A stretch of 63,375 bases of DNA, the filler included, from Pelomyxa schiedti (Eukaryota; Protista; Evosea), in the NCBI GenBank assembly GCA_020536535.1. It is 8 parts of 8 records of this genome, joined end to end, with 100 filler letters (N's around TTAATTAATTAA, not from the genome) between each part and the next. Parts side by side here need not be neighbours in the genome. Positions count along the whole stretch, not along the records: positions 1 to 28,300 come from JAHLWZ010001023.1; positions 28,401 to 31,194 come from JAHLWZ010001884.1; positions 31,295 to 33,148 come from JAHLWZ010000494.1; positions 33,249 to 34,767 come from JAHLWZ010002449.1; 4 more parts are not named here. One strand, written 5' to 3'. The notes under the pieces are model-generated. The model was not told the DNA's origin, did not search any database, and saw nothing but the letters and a program-made list of their open reading frames with translations. The translations under genes were made by a program, and so were the position numbers. This document shows positions 24,563 through 34,767 of the stretch, piece after piece (the stretch's first letter is position 1; each line of letters opens with the position of its first letter).

Positions 24563-25879
24563 TTACAAGAAGAAAGAGAAGGGTGTAAGGAGGGTTAGGG
24601 ATGTCAGACGAGGGAAATTGATTGTGAGGATGATGAGTCCTGATACTGGTTCCATCACCTCAATCCTGCTTGCAAAGGACTTGAAGATGAATCCTGAAGC
24701 CACTGTCACGTTGTGGGACATCTTGGTGTTGTTCCAGAATTTGAACTTGGTTCTTGGCAGAAGCTCGAGTGGTTGTTCCGCATTGTCACGGTGGAAGAGC
24801 TTGAATGATCCCTCCTGCTTATTGTAGGTGCAGAATGACACACAGAACACTGAATCATACAAGTGAAACACCTCATTCACTTCGTTATCATGGAAGTTGA
24901 GAGGACTGGATGTCCCTGTTGATTCCTCCACGTGGAACACCTCGTGGACTCTACGATTCCGTGCCCTCCTCTGTGTCTTGGCGATGAAGGTTCGTGACCC
25001 ATAACCGGGAGAACAGTGATCCCAGTTCCTCATCACAACAAGGGAGACCAGCGAGTGGCCAGTTGGGAACGCGCACGTCGTCGTGCTCAGCACAGCCAGG
25101 CTCCTGCTGTTGTATGTCTTCTCAACGTCAACAGCGAAAATCGTGGCACAGCACCCAACGACGTGCACCACAACCACTTCTCCAGCAACAGACAGGTCAC
25201 TATGCATACTCAACAAGCCGGGACAAGAAGGAAGCCCCACAACAACAGCCCCGCCGAGTGCCTCCTCCATGTCACCACCACCGCGGCCGTTGCCAGGCAA
25301 CCCCCTCAGCGAAGCGACGGCCAGCAACGGGCTGTGGCCCTCAGAATCCCCCTGGAGGTTGTAAATGGCCACGGCCCAGCTCGCGTTGGCCACGAAGCAG
25401 AGCACCACGATCCCGCGGCGCTGCATGACGACCGCGCTGGCGCCGGTGCGGACGTCGCGGACCGCGACCGAGAGGCCGGTTTCGAGGGACATCGCCCTGT
25501 CGACGACGCGGCGGCTGTCGACGAGGCGGGCGCCGCCGGGGGGGGTGCGGGAGGGCCCGGTGGAGACGCTCAGGAGAAGAGGGGAGGCCGCGAACCACAG
25601 GGTCGTGGCGCGGTGGCACCTGAGGGCGCCGGTGGTGGCGCCGTCGCCCGAGACCTGCAGGACGAACCGCCGGATTGTGGGACGGACCCAGTCGGACCAC
25701 AGCAGGCCGACGAACGAGGTGGCGTGGCCGCGTCCCATAACCCGCTGCATCGCGCTGCCGGAGCCGCACCGCGCTACGGTCGCGCCCGCCGCGAGCGCTC
25801 CAAGTTGGCCGCGCGTCGTGAGTGCGCCGATTGGTGTCGCGTCCCTGCACACGTCGTCCGTTACGTTCCACGTTGCCAT
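24563..25879 (-). CDS. Family A hypothetical protein (intact)
   Basis: ATG at 25879 (MATWNVTDD); all motifs; closest sister of 21350-22461. Confidence 0.87.
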   Translation of the reverse strand: MATWNVTDDVCRDATPIGALTTRGQLGALAAGATVARCGSGSAMQRVMGRGHATSFVGLLWSDWVRPTIRRFVLQVSGDGATTGALRCHRATTLWFAASPLLLSVSTGPSRTPPGGARLVDSRRVVDRAMSLETGLSVAVRDVRTGASAVVMQRRGIVVLCFVANASWAVAIYNLQGDSEGHSPLLAVASLRGLPGNGRGGGDMEEALGGAVVVGLPSCPGLLSMHSDLSVAGEVVVVHVVGCCATIFAVDVEKTYNSRSLAVLSTTTCAFPTGHSLVSLVVMRNWDHCSPGYGSRTFIAKTQRRARNRRVHEVFHVEESTGTSSPLNFHDNEVNEVFHLYDSVFCVSFCTYNKQEGSFKLFHRDNAEQPLELLPRTKFKFWNNTKMSHNVTVASGFIFKSFASRIEVMEPVSGLIILTINFPRLTSLTLLTPFSFFL

Positions 25880-26434
25880 TTGTTGTGGATGTGCTTTTGG
25901 GTAAAATGACGGAAAAGTTTCCCACAAGTACGAGCAACAAGAAAAACAGCAGTTTTTGGGAACACCGCGGGAACAATCACCTGGGATCTCCCCAAACTTC
26001 TTCCCCCAACACAGGTTGCAATGAACATTGAATTGAAACTATGTAATACCACATCTTTGGCATTCAATCAGTGTCTCAATGACTCTTGACCTTTATTAGC
26101 AACATAAATACAACAAGCAATAGGAGAGTTTTTGCTCATTTACATCTGAAGTGTTGGTGAATGGGTTCGAACACTGTCGGTGGGTGCCCAGTGGCAAAGC
26201 CTTTGGTGACCACTTTTTCAGCACGAAAAATGGGCCGCCGTGACAAGCTCACAGCCAAAGTACCTGAAACCAATGTCAGGCACCAGGCTTTGCAGATGGA
26301 TGCTGGGACCAGCGGCAAATCCCAGGAAGCCCACGTGGAAACGCAAGACACTTGGAGCCGTGGGTTCGAACACTGTTGCACACCTAATCTGTAATGTTAC
26401 CTAAAAATGATTTCATAGGAAGTTTACTATGGGT

Positions 26435-27712
26435 TTAACTTCTTGATGTTTGTTTTGAGTTGGAAGAACAAGAAAGTGCAGGAGGCAAGAAGAAAGAGAA
26501 GGGTGTTGTGAGGCAATCCAACGTCATACCAGGGAAATTGATTGTGAGGACACTGTGTCCTGATGTTGAATCAATTACATCAAGCCGGCTGGTGATCAGG
26601 CAGAAAAGGAATCCATACTCTGCTGTCAGTTGGAATGTGTTGGTGTCATTGGCATGTGCCTGGAGGGATTTGATCCTTGGAGGAAGCTGCAGTGGCTGTG
26701 CCACATTGTCACAGTGGAAGAGATTGAATGATCTTTCCCACTTCTTGGAACAGAATGACACACAGAAGACTGAATCAGACACACGAGACAGACTTTCCAG
26801 TGTTTCACTGTAGGCCTGGAGACGCCTGGAGGTACCTGTTGATTCCTCAACGTGGAAGATTCCATGGTCTGCAGGACCCCATGTCCACTGCATAGTATTA
26901 AAGATGAAGGTGCGTGAACCATAACCAGGAGAACAACGATCCCAGTTCCTCATCACAAAAAGTCCAAGCAGTTTGTGGCCAGTTGGGAGTTCAAACCTCG
27001 TTGTGCTCAACACAACCAAGCTCCTTCTGTTGTAGGTCTGCTCAATGTCAACAGCCAAAATCGTGGCTCTGTTCTGAACATTGTGAACCACAATTACTTC
27101 GCTTTCCACTGATTTATCAGGGTAAATGCAGGCAGAACCTCCAAACGGCATGGCCACAACAACAGCTCCTCTGAATGCTTCCATTCCACCAGGCAAGCTA
27201 CCACTCGACTTTACCACATACAGCAGGGTGGCAGTTCCCTTCCCGTTGTTGTACCTGATCATTGCTGCCCAATGTGAGTTGATTACACGTTGAAACAGCT
27301 GTGTGATGCAGTAAGTGATTGTGAGTGAACCGCCATCCATCTGGACGACGTGGATGCCGTCGGACAGGGTTCCACTTATTATTGTGGGAGGCGCTAGATC
27401 TGGACCACAGGCGAGGCTCAGGAGCAGCGGCGAGAGGGCAAACCACAGCGTCGTGGGCTTGGAGGTGGCGCCGTTGGAGGAGCCAAAAACCTGGAGGACG
27501 AATTGCCTGATTGTGGGACGGACCCAGTCGGACCACAGCACCCCGACAAGCGCGGTGGCGGGGCCGCGTCCCATAACTCGCTGCAGCGCGCTGCCGGCCC
27601 CACACCTCGCAATCGTCGCACCCACTGCGAGCGCTCCAAGTTGGCCTCGCGTGGTGATGGCGGCCATCGGCGCCACGTCGCGGCACACGTCTGTTACGTT
27701 CCACGTTGCCGT
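26435..27712 (-). CDS. Family A protein with ancestral ATG mutated to ACG
   Basis: Reads ACG GCA ACG TGG AAC GTA where paralogs have ATG GCA ACG TGG AAC; next in-frame ATG at 27667; remainder open to 26435. Confidence 0.8.
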   Translation of the reverse strand, partial: TATWNVTDVCRDVAPMAAITTRGQLGALAVGATIARCGAGSALQRVMGRGPATALVGVLWSDWVRPTIRQFVLQVFGSSNGATSKPTTLWFALSPLLLSLACGPDLAPPTIISGTLSDGIHVVQMDGGSLTITYCITQLFQRVINSHWAAMIRYNNGKGTATLLYVVKSSGSLPGGMEAFRGAVVVAMPFGGSACIYPDKSVESEVIVVHNVQNRATILAVDIEQTYNRRSLVVLSTTRFELPTGHKLLGLFVMRNWDRCSPGYGSRTFIFNTMQWTWGPADHGIFHVEESTGTSRRLQAYSETLESLSRVSDSVFCVSFCSKKWERSFNLFHCDNVAQPLQLPPRIKSLQAHANDTNTFQLTAEYGFLFCLITSRLDVIDSTSGHSVLTINFPGMTLDCLTTPFSFFLPPALSCSSNSKQTSRS

Positions 27713-27753
27713 TTGTAGTTTTTGTTGCTGTTGGGTTTTTTTTGGTAATTGTG

Positions 27754-28003
27754 CTACGCTACACGACGCTCGTAATAGCGACTTAGCTCTTCCTTCACAA
27801 GACCAAATAACTCAAACGCAACAATACTTTATTCAACACTCAATTACTCAACCAATTTAACGACCATTATGATCTCGTTGAAACGGAGATCTTATAAATG
27901 CTACGCAGGGGAATGGTGCCAAAGGTGTCAAGCTTAGCTTTGGTGAATCTCTTGCCATTCTAATCCCGCGATCTAAAGTATATCTCACTAGCTACCGAGA
28001 ACA
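27754..28003. repeat. Dispersed repeat R, longest copy (~250 bp)
   Basis: 27885-28003 is near-identical (1 mismatch seen) to the reverse complement of 61482-61600; also matches 36153-36270 and 3930-4102. Confidence 0.9.
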
Positions 28004-28084
28004 GTGCGCTTCTGAACAGTACAAGTACTCCGGGCGGTTCCGCGAACTTGTTGTTTTCGATCACAAGGGTGTGAAACATTATTG

Positions 28085-28300
28085 ATGGGTTCCTTTAACG
28101 CACACCCAACAACGTCGATTGCACAAAACGCCCCGGTCGCACAGAGCTCCTCTGGCATTCCCATAAGTGTGGTTGCCTGCCTGTCGGCACGGTCACAGTG
28201 CCTGGTGCTCCTTTGCGATTGTCTGCCCCGCGATCACCACAAAAAGAGTCAAAAACGGCGCGGTAGTGGTCAACGCGAACCCCACTCGCAAGCCGCGACC
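28085..28300 (+). CDS. Family B gene 5' fragment, truncated by gap
   Basis: MGSFNAHPTTSIAQN...LSARSQCLVLLCDCLPRD is closely similar to the start of 10582-11871. Confidence 0.75.
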
Positions 28301-28400
28301 NNNNNNNNNNNNNNNNNNNNNNNNNNNNNNNNNNNNNNNNNNNNTTAATTAATTAANNNNNNNNNNNNNNNNNNNNNNNNNNNNNNNNNNNNNNNNNNNN

Positions 28401-30690
28401 AGGCGTTTGCATCACTACAACTGTTCTATCTTCGAACGACTTGTGGAAAATCGGGATTCATGGAGGCACTTTGGCGACAAATTGGCCGGTATGCCTAGTA
28501 AACCGTTAATTGTAAATTACCACTCACTTTACCCAGGGATGCTCGATACACGTTCCAAGCATCAGTTGGTTTGATCTTATGCCCTCCAGTTTCATTTTTT
28601 GGTTGTTGAAGTCCGGACAGTGCAAAGCTGCTCCACCTCCTTTTTCTGTGCAATTCGTGAACAACTCCTGCATCTCTGGAAAATGCCCCACTCCAGGTAT
28701 TTTCCTGACAAAGGACTTTCGTCACATGACTCTTTTTAAAGGTCAAGTGAACTTCATCGTGTTTCCACCAACAGAGGATGCTCCACCCTCCGCTGTTTTC
28801 CTCCCAAAACTGGGGTGCATCCAAAAGTATGTTCCATCACACCAACACTTGTTTAATCTCACTCTTTATTTCCTTCAGGTGGGTTCTTGAACACAGTTTT
28901 GAAGGATCCCAGGAAACCGATTCCAATGGGAGATTCTCCCTTTCCGTTTCTGGATTCAACTCTTCACACTTCAATTCTCGGAGGACAATCAGCACAGTGG
29001 AAGTGAGCTGTGGTGGTCTGAACAAGCAAGTGTTGGTTCAAGTCCAACGAGATGAAGAGAGGGTTGAAGAAATTTGTGTCACAAGAGAATCACAGAGGAG
29101 GCTGAGTGTGAAACCAAGGTTGGAGTCTCTTCCATCAAACGTTCTTGTTGTCTTCTTGGATGCAATTGGGAGGTGTGTGATTGCGCAATGACGATGAGTT
29201 CCCATTTCATCTCACTTTTTCTTCTCAGAAACTCCTTCATGAGGAACTTTCCCAAGACAGTTGCTCTTCTGGATGAACCGAACCTGAAAACGACAGAAAA
29301 GGATGATGACGATTACCACCTTGCATTCCAATTTTTCCGTTATCATGCTGTGTGTGTCTGACGAATTTCCAAGTTGACAACTGATTCCAAACAAAGGTCG
29401 CACCCAACACGTTCTTGAACGCCAGAGCGATGTTCACTGGTCAGTTTGACACGGGAGGAACCTCACTCTGGAAGCGATTCCACGACTCGGGGCATGTGAC
29501 TGCTCTCATCGACAACTCTTGTTGGGACTGGTTTTATTTTTATCTCAGAAAGGAGCTGAACCAATCCAACGATCGTGACGTTGCCGGAACGGTGCGGAGT
29601 GGGTTGGATCACCACTTGTTGAGTGCTTTCTGCTTGCCTGAGTATTGGCCTTCAGAAGACACCTTCCCAAATTTCCAGGGACCGTTCTCCATGAAAGAGA
29701 GGTGCATTGACGGGAAAAGCACTCACACGTTGGTAATTTCTTGTTTTCCAATCATTTTGAACAAAGTCTGACAAATGCATCACCAGGCTTTTGAATACAC
29801 AACGAAATTCTGGGAAACGTACTCTGACGTTCCGAAGTTTGCAGTCACCATGCTCATTGAGGGTCATGAAAACACCGGTCATGTTGCTGCCTTGATGGAT
29901 CAAGGTTGCGTTCTACTCTGCTTCCACCTTTATCACTTTCTCATGTTCTCCCAGAATTGGCCAATCTCATCTCTGGAAAGACCTTAAATCTGAGTGACAC
30001 AGCTGTGTTCATTGTTGCTGACCATGGACTTCACATGGGACCACTCTTTGCGCTCGGTTTGGAGTCTGCTGACCTTGAAAATAAACTTCCGGTTCTGTTT
30101 GCACTGTTTCCGCAATCGTTTGTGCACTCCAATCGGCGGCTTAAGGAAACTCTGTTGTGTGTGCTCCTCCCTCCATTCCCCCATTCCTCCGTCTTCTCTC
30201 AACAACCGCACGGACACACAGGTCAAACGAGCAAGCACTGATCACAGCCTTTGACATCCACTCCACTCTTTCTGACTTTTCACTGCCGGAACAAGAGGAT
30301 TCACACCCCCCAAACAGGCCTTCAACATCCCCCACACAAGTCTCTGCCCCGCAACACAGCAGCCTCTTCCGGCACATTCCGGCAAGGTAAATTTTTACCG
30401 TGAAATTAAATCAACTAACGCACAAAAACCAGCCGGACCTGCGCCACTGCTGGTATCCCTCAACAGTTCTGTAAGTGTGTCTCTCAATAGATTGAGTAAG
30501 CATCGTGACAATACACCAAAGCCCAATTTAATACACATACACAGGCATTAGACAGTGTTTTATTATGCACGCAACATCGTGTGTATCGAGACCCTGTGTG
30601 CTCAACGCTAACCACAGTCGTAATCAACCCCAGTTCAACAGAAAACCAATGATGAAAATTGGATGTAGGGATGCTCCTTTTTTCGAATAA
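28401..30690 (+). CDS. DUF229 (alkaline-phosphatase/sulfatase-like fold) protein, multi-exon, 5' end lost in gap
   Basis: NVLVVFLDAIGR, FMRNFPKTVALL, DHHL, ERCIDGK, EGHE, TAVFIVADHGLHMG, LENKLPVLF, NEQALITAFDIHSTL, RTCATAGIPQQF; the last exon is uncertain. Confidence 0.8.
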
Positions 30691-31294
30691 GTACCATCTG
30701 GACATTCTCCACATCCGGAAACCGTTAATCTGACCTGGAAAACAAAGTACGTCAAAAAGCAAAGTCGGTTTATTTTTCACTCCAACAACAAGCAACACCT
30801 GTTGTGGGTAGTCCCCAACGTCAACAGTGACATAATTAAGAATGTAAGACCCTACTGTCCTTTTAGATCTGCTTCACCAAACATCCAGTTTATTTTTTAA
30901 TATTAAAACACCTACGTAGGAAAGGAGGGTGGGGTGCTGTGTGTGGCGTTGTGTGCGCGGTGGTGTCGGCGACATGCGGCAGTTACTTGTTTGCTGTGTC
31001 GTTGTACCCCCTGGAAAACGCGGCGTTTGAGCGATGGCCTTGGTCGCTGTTCTACGACGGGAGCGGAAACGGGAACGGCGGGGCTGCCAAACTGGTGCGA
31101 CTGCCGCTTGCTGCGGGATCTATTGCGGACTTTGAGACTGAGCTGCCGGAGAGAGCACGGCGATGCGGGGTATTTGTTTTGTGCGCGGCTGCGTNNNNNN
31201 NNNNNNNNNNNNNNNNNNNNNNNNNNNNNNNNNNNNNNTTAATTAATTAANNNNNNNNNNNNNNNNNNNNNNNNNNNNNNNNNNNNNNNNNNNN

Positions 31295-32995
31295 TCGCGG
31301 ACCATGCCACCAAATGACCACCTCTCTTGGTGTTCATCACAAACCCGCTTCTTGGGGAAGAAGAAGTGGAATTCACTGCTGGATAAATAGGCCTCGTCCT
31401 CAAGCTTGGGGAAGTCCCTGTCAATGTGGGCCCGGGTCTTCTTTGCTGTAGGTCCCTCTCGGCTGGCCTGTGATTTTATTTAATAGAAGGTATGTATGTG
31501 TGGTGGGGAAAAAACCGATGACGTTGTGCCGGCAATAGGCTCCAAGTAGCTCGTGATTAGTACGTAATACTGAAATTTCGGAGTGGCGGGGTCCAGTCCC
31601 TCTTGTTCTTCTACCCTACAAGAATGGTTTTAGTAAGAGTAAGAACAAAGAAAGAGCCACACTCTTCAAAAAACATCCGGTGCAAGGGGGGTATCAAAGC
31701 AATGGGCAGGTTCATCATCCTTTGGTTTAGTACTAGCCCAACAGTATCGGGTTGTGAGAACGCATGCTCCACCTAGTGTGTTCGTTCAACATTGGCTTGT
31801 AAAAGGTTGTTCTTACATTATTACCTTAGCTCTTGCACTGCCACAGAATTTCAAGATGAAATCCTTTATTTCCGTCATGCAGCCAATAGGAGATGTCAGA
31901 TTCAACAAGGTGATGTAGCTTACCTCAATTGTTAAATAAAAGGGAAAAGAAAATACAAAAAAGTACCCCAATGCTTCTGAATCAATACCATCGGCTTTCA
32001 CAACAGAACCGACGTTGGCATTGCAAACCTAATGAGGTAAAAACCTTTGTATTGACGAGTGGAACCTACCATATCTGCCAGCTCGCTGCAGTTGAAGGCA
32101 ACACCCAACAAATTCGCAGATAATGTCTTGATACTTAAAATCGGGGTTACATTCCAAGAGAAACAATAAAGGGCCTGTTTACCTGTGGAAGTCGAGGGGT
32201 CTTTGGTTGAAGAATTCAAACTCTACCTTGATATGAATGGATAAGTTGAATCGCAATGCACAAGGTAAGGNNNNNNNNNNNNNNNNNNNNNNNNNNNNNN
32301 NNNNNNNNNNNNNNNNNNNNNNNNNNNNNNNNNNNNNNNNNNNNNNNNNNNNNNNNNNNNNNNNNNNNNNCATTCCAAGAGAAACAATAAAGGGCCTGTT
32401 TACCTGTGGAAGTCGAGGGGTCTTTGGTTGAAGAATTCAAACTCTACCTTGATATGAATGGATAAGTTGAATCGCAATGCACAAGGTAAGGGCATACCTC
32501 GAAGTCGTCGTCGTCATCGCCCCCCGAGCTGCTCTCCTCCCGACGTTCAGCGGCTGCTGCTGCTGAAGCTGCCTCGCCATCGTCATCGTCTTCTTCGTTA
32601 CCATCTTGCCCATCATCATGATCGTCGCCCTCGTCCTCTTCCTCTTCGTTCTCGTCGTCGTCTTCCTCCTCATCAGCCTCCTCCTCGTCGTCGTCGTCGT
32701 GGTCATCGTTCTCTTCACCAACGCCCTCTCCTCGTCGTCGTCGGGTGTTGTTGTTGTTGTTGTTGTTGTCCGCTTTCGCTGTGGTTCTACCACCCAGCAG
32801 TGTACTTTTCGTTGTTGTAGCTGTTGTTGTTGTTGTTGTTGCTGCTGTATGTGGTGGTGGTGGTGATCTCGTCGTCGTAGTCGGCGTGCCCGCTCTTGGT
32901 CTTGCACCCCCCCTCGTCCGTGTGCTCGTGCGTGCGTTGGGTTTTTTGATTGTTGGTGTTGTCTCGTAGTCCCTGGGTCTCTTGGTCCTCGCCAT
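31295..32995 (-). CDS. BCP1: BCP1/BCCIP family protein, multi-exon, 3' end runs into gap
   Basis: Acidic N-terminus, then VEFEFFNQRPLDFH | IKTLSANLL...NCSELADM | VGSVVKAD | YITLLNL...IKDFILKFC | VGLVLNQRMMNLPIALIPPLHRMFFEE | EDEAYL...RWSF. Confidence 0.85.
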
Positions 32996-33250
32996 CGTGG
33001 TAGTAGTTGCGCACGTTACCCCATCCTCTTCTTCGCCGTCGTGGGGATCTTGACTTGCTGCTGTGAATCGCAACGTCGGGCGGGGGTTGTTGTTGTTGGT
33101 TGATCGAGGCCGGCGATTCCTTCTCCGCCGTTTGGCAGTAGTTGTTGCNNNNNNNNNNNNNNNNNNNNNNNNNNNNNNNNNNNNNNNNNNNNTTAATTAA
33201 TTAANNNNNNNNNNNNNNNNNNNNNNNNNNNNNNNNNNNNNNNNNNNNAT

Positions 33251-34132
33251 GGGGCAGTTTGGGAGATTGTTGTGGTGTCACCAACACTTGGGGTTGTGAG
33301 AACATCAAGGATTACAAACCATAAGATGCTGGACAGACTCAAGGAAGTCCTTGGGGGAGAGTCTTACATGTGTGGGGGGTTTGATGATGACCTAATTTTT
33401 TATGTGGAACCCCTGGGGCACTTTGCGTTTGTGAGAAGCAAGAGCCAGAACTTGTGGAACAGCAAGTGGGGTGTGGGCTTTATTTGCAGTCATCTCACTG
33501 TTTGGAGGATTGGCTCGGAGTGCAAGAACAAAAAGACCACTGTGACGCTCCCTGCTGGAAAATGGGTACAGTGGGTGGCACTGCTTGACAGCCCTGGTAA
33601 TGAGGACGAGGCTTACGTGCTGACAGGACCTCCCCCATACACTCTCTTGTGCGTGGACTTGAGGTGCATAGAGCAGAATCATGAGATGCAGGCAACCAAC
33701 CAGTGGCCTTGCCCTTTTTTTGTTGAACCATGGGTCATCAAACTGGACAGTAGCTACATTTTGTTGGGAAGTGTTCATGGCATCGTTCTGTTGTCAGAGA
33801 ACAAAGTTGATTCCTTGTTTCTGAACAGCAGCCCAGAAGCAGCACCACTCAAAGTTGATGACACCCACTTCCTCAAGCCAGCCGGTGATGGGACAGCAAC
33901 AATGGAATTGCACAACGCCAATGAGGAGTCATGGAAGGATCATCAGAGTCAACCAGAGAGGGTGTTTGATGTCAGTGGCTACCAGGTACATTTCAATGAC
34001 CAAATGTGCCACAATGGGTGTGTTGCGCTGGTTGGAGAGTCACACGTGGACCTTGTTGATGCTTTGACTGGCACGTGGATTATGCGCCAGCGACTTCATC
34101 TCCACAGCTCATTCCGGTTGATGTATGGATGA
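33251..34132 (+). CDS. Distant member of the family A/B superfamily, 5' truncated by gap
   Basis: VVVSPTLGVV, NSKW, VDDTHF, RVFDV and VDLVDALTGTWI motifs correspond to family motifs (S/F)xTLGVV, NSKW, DDSH and IxxIxPxTG. Confidence 0.65.
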   Translation, partial: GAVWEIVVVSPTLGVVRTSRITNHKMLDRLKEVLGGESYMCGGFDDDLIFYVEPLGHFAFVRSKSQNLWNSKWGVGFICSHLTVWRIGSECKNKKTTVTLPAGKWVQWVALLDSPGNEDEAYVLTGPPPYTLLCVDLRCIEQNHEMQATNQWPCPFFVEPWVIKLDSSYILLGSVHGIVLLSENKVDSLFLNSSPEAAPLKVDDTHFLKPAGDGTATMELHNANEESWKDHQSQPERVFDVSGYQVHFNDQMCHNGCVALVGESHVDLVDALTGTWIMRQRLHLHSSFRLMYG

Positions 34133-34266
34133 AGGCCATGGCATCAAATACAATAAGAAAACAAGTTAGAGGTGCGTTACTTGGTTGACTATTGAATGCT
34201 GACATGTTGGAGAAAAAAAATTCTTTCCGATGAGTCTGATCTTTACAGGAAGAGAAAAAACAAAAT

Positions 34267-34686
34267 TTTCGCACAGTGGCTGTGGACTTCGGGATTACCG
34301 AACAAAACTGCCCCACAAACGGAGCATTTATTAAAGCCGAACGCGTTAAGAGAGACTTTGAACGGGGCGTTAGCATGTACGGCTTCTACCACGAAGATGA
34401 GCTCGTAGGTTTCTTTCTGCTTGAGAAAAAAACTGAAGCTTCCTTTGAGCTCGAAAAGCTGGCTGTACTTCCCGCTTACCGCCATTTTGGTTACGGCAGG
34501 GAGATTATTGCGTTTTGCAGAGATAAAGTCAAAGAGCTTGGCGGAAACAAGATAACCATAGGGATTATCGAAGAAAACACGAGACTTAAAAGCTGGTACA
34601 TTACTAACGGCTTTGTACATACTGGAACGCGAAAGTTTGAGCAGCTGCCATTTACCGTTGGTTTTATGGAGATGAGCCTTGGCTAA
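34267..34686 (+). CDS. Bacterial (Clostridia-like) GNAT N-acetyltransferase, lacking its native 5' end
   Basis: FRTVAVDFGITEQNCPTNGAF...ELEKLAVLPAYRHFGYGREII...IGIIEENTRLKSWYITNGFVHTGTRKFEQLPFTVGFME; acetyl-CoA motif V.P.YRxxGxG; intronless; in-frame TGA at 34237 upstream. Confidence 0.85.
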   Translation, partial: FRTVAVDFGITEQNCPTNGAFIKAERVKRDFERGVSMYGFYHEDELVGFFLLEKKTEASFELEKLAVLPAYRHFGYGREIIAFCRDKVKELGGNKITIGIIEENTRLKSWYITNGFVHTGTRKFEQLPFTVGFMEMSLG

Positions 34687-34689
34687 TAT

Positions 34690-34694
34690 AGGAG
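34690..34694 (+). promoter_or_regulatory. Shine-Dalgarno AGGAG
   Basis: AGGAG 4 nt after the GNAT stop and 11 nt before the ATG at 34706. Confidence 0.7.
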
Positions 34695-34705
34695 TTTGAG
34701 TAGTT

Positions 34706-34767
34706 ATGGAAATAAAGACCTATGACAGCGTAGATAACGAACAGTTTGTTTATGCGGTGATAATCGC
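34706..34767 (+). CDS. N-terminal fragment of a bacterial gene, probably a Firmicutes NUDIX hydrolase; cut by gap
   Basis: MEIKTYDSVDNEQFVYAVIIA resembles the M-E-V-K-F-Y-D...F-A-V-I-I start of clostridial NUDIX proteins (from memory; only 20 codons visible). Confidence 0.55.

Noticed and set aside
30934-31194. GC-rich open frames next to a gap
   Set aside because: No ATG, no recognisable motif, strand ambiguous, truncated.
32150-32491. Exact 121-bp direct repeat flanking a 100-N gap inside BCP1
   Set aside because: Unmerged overlapping contig ends; not a duplicated exon.
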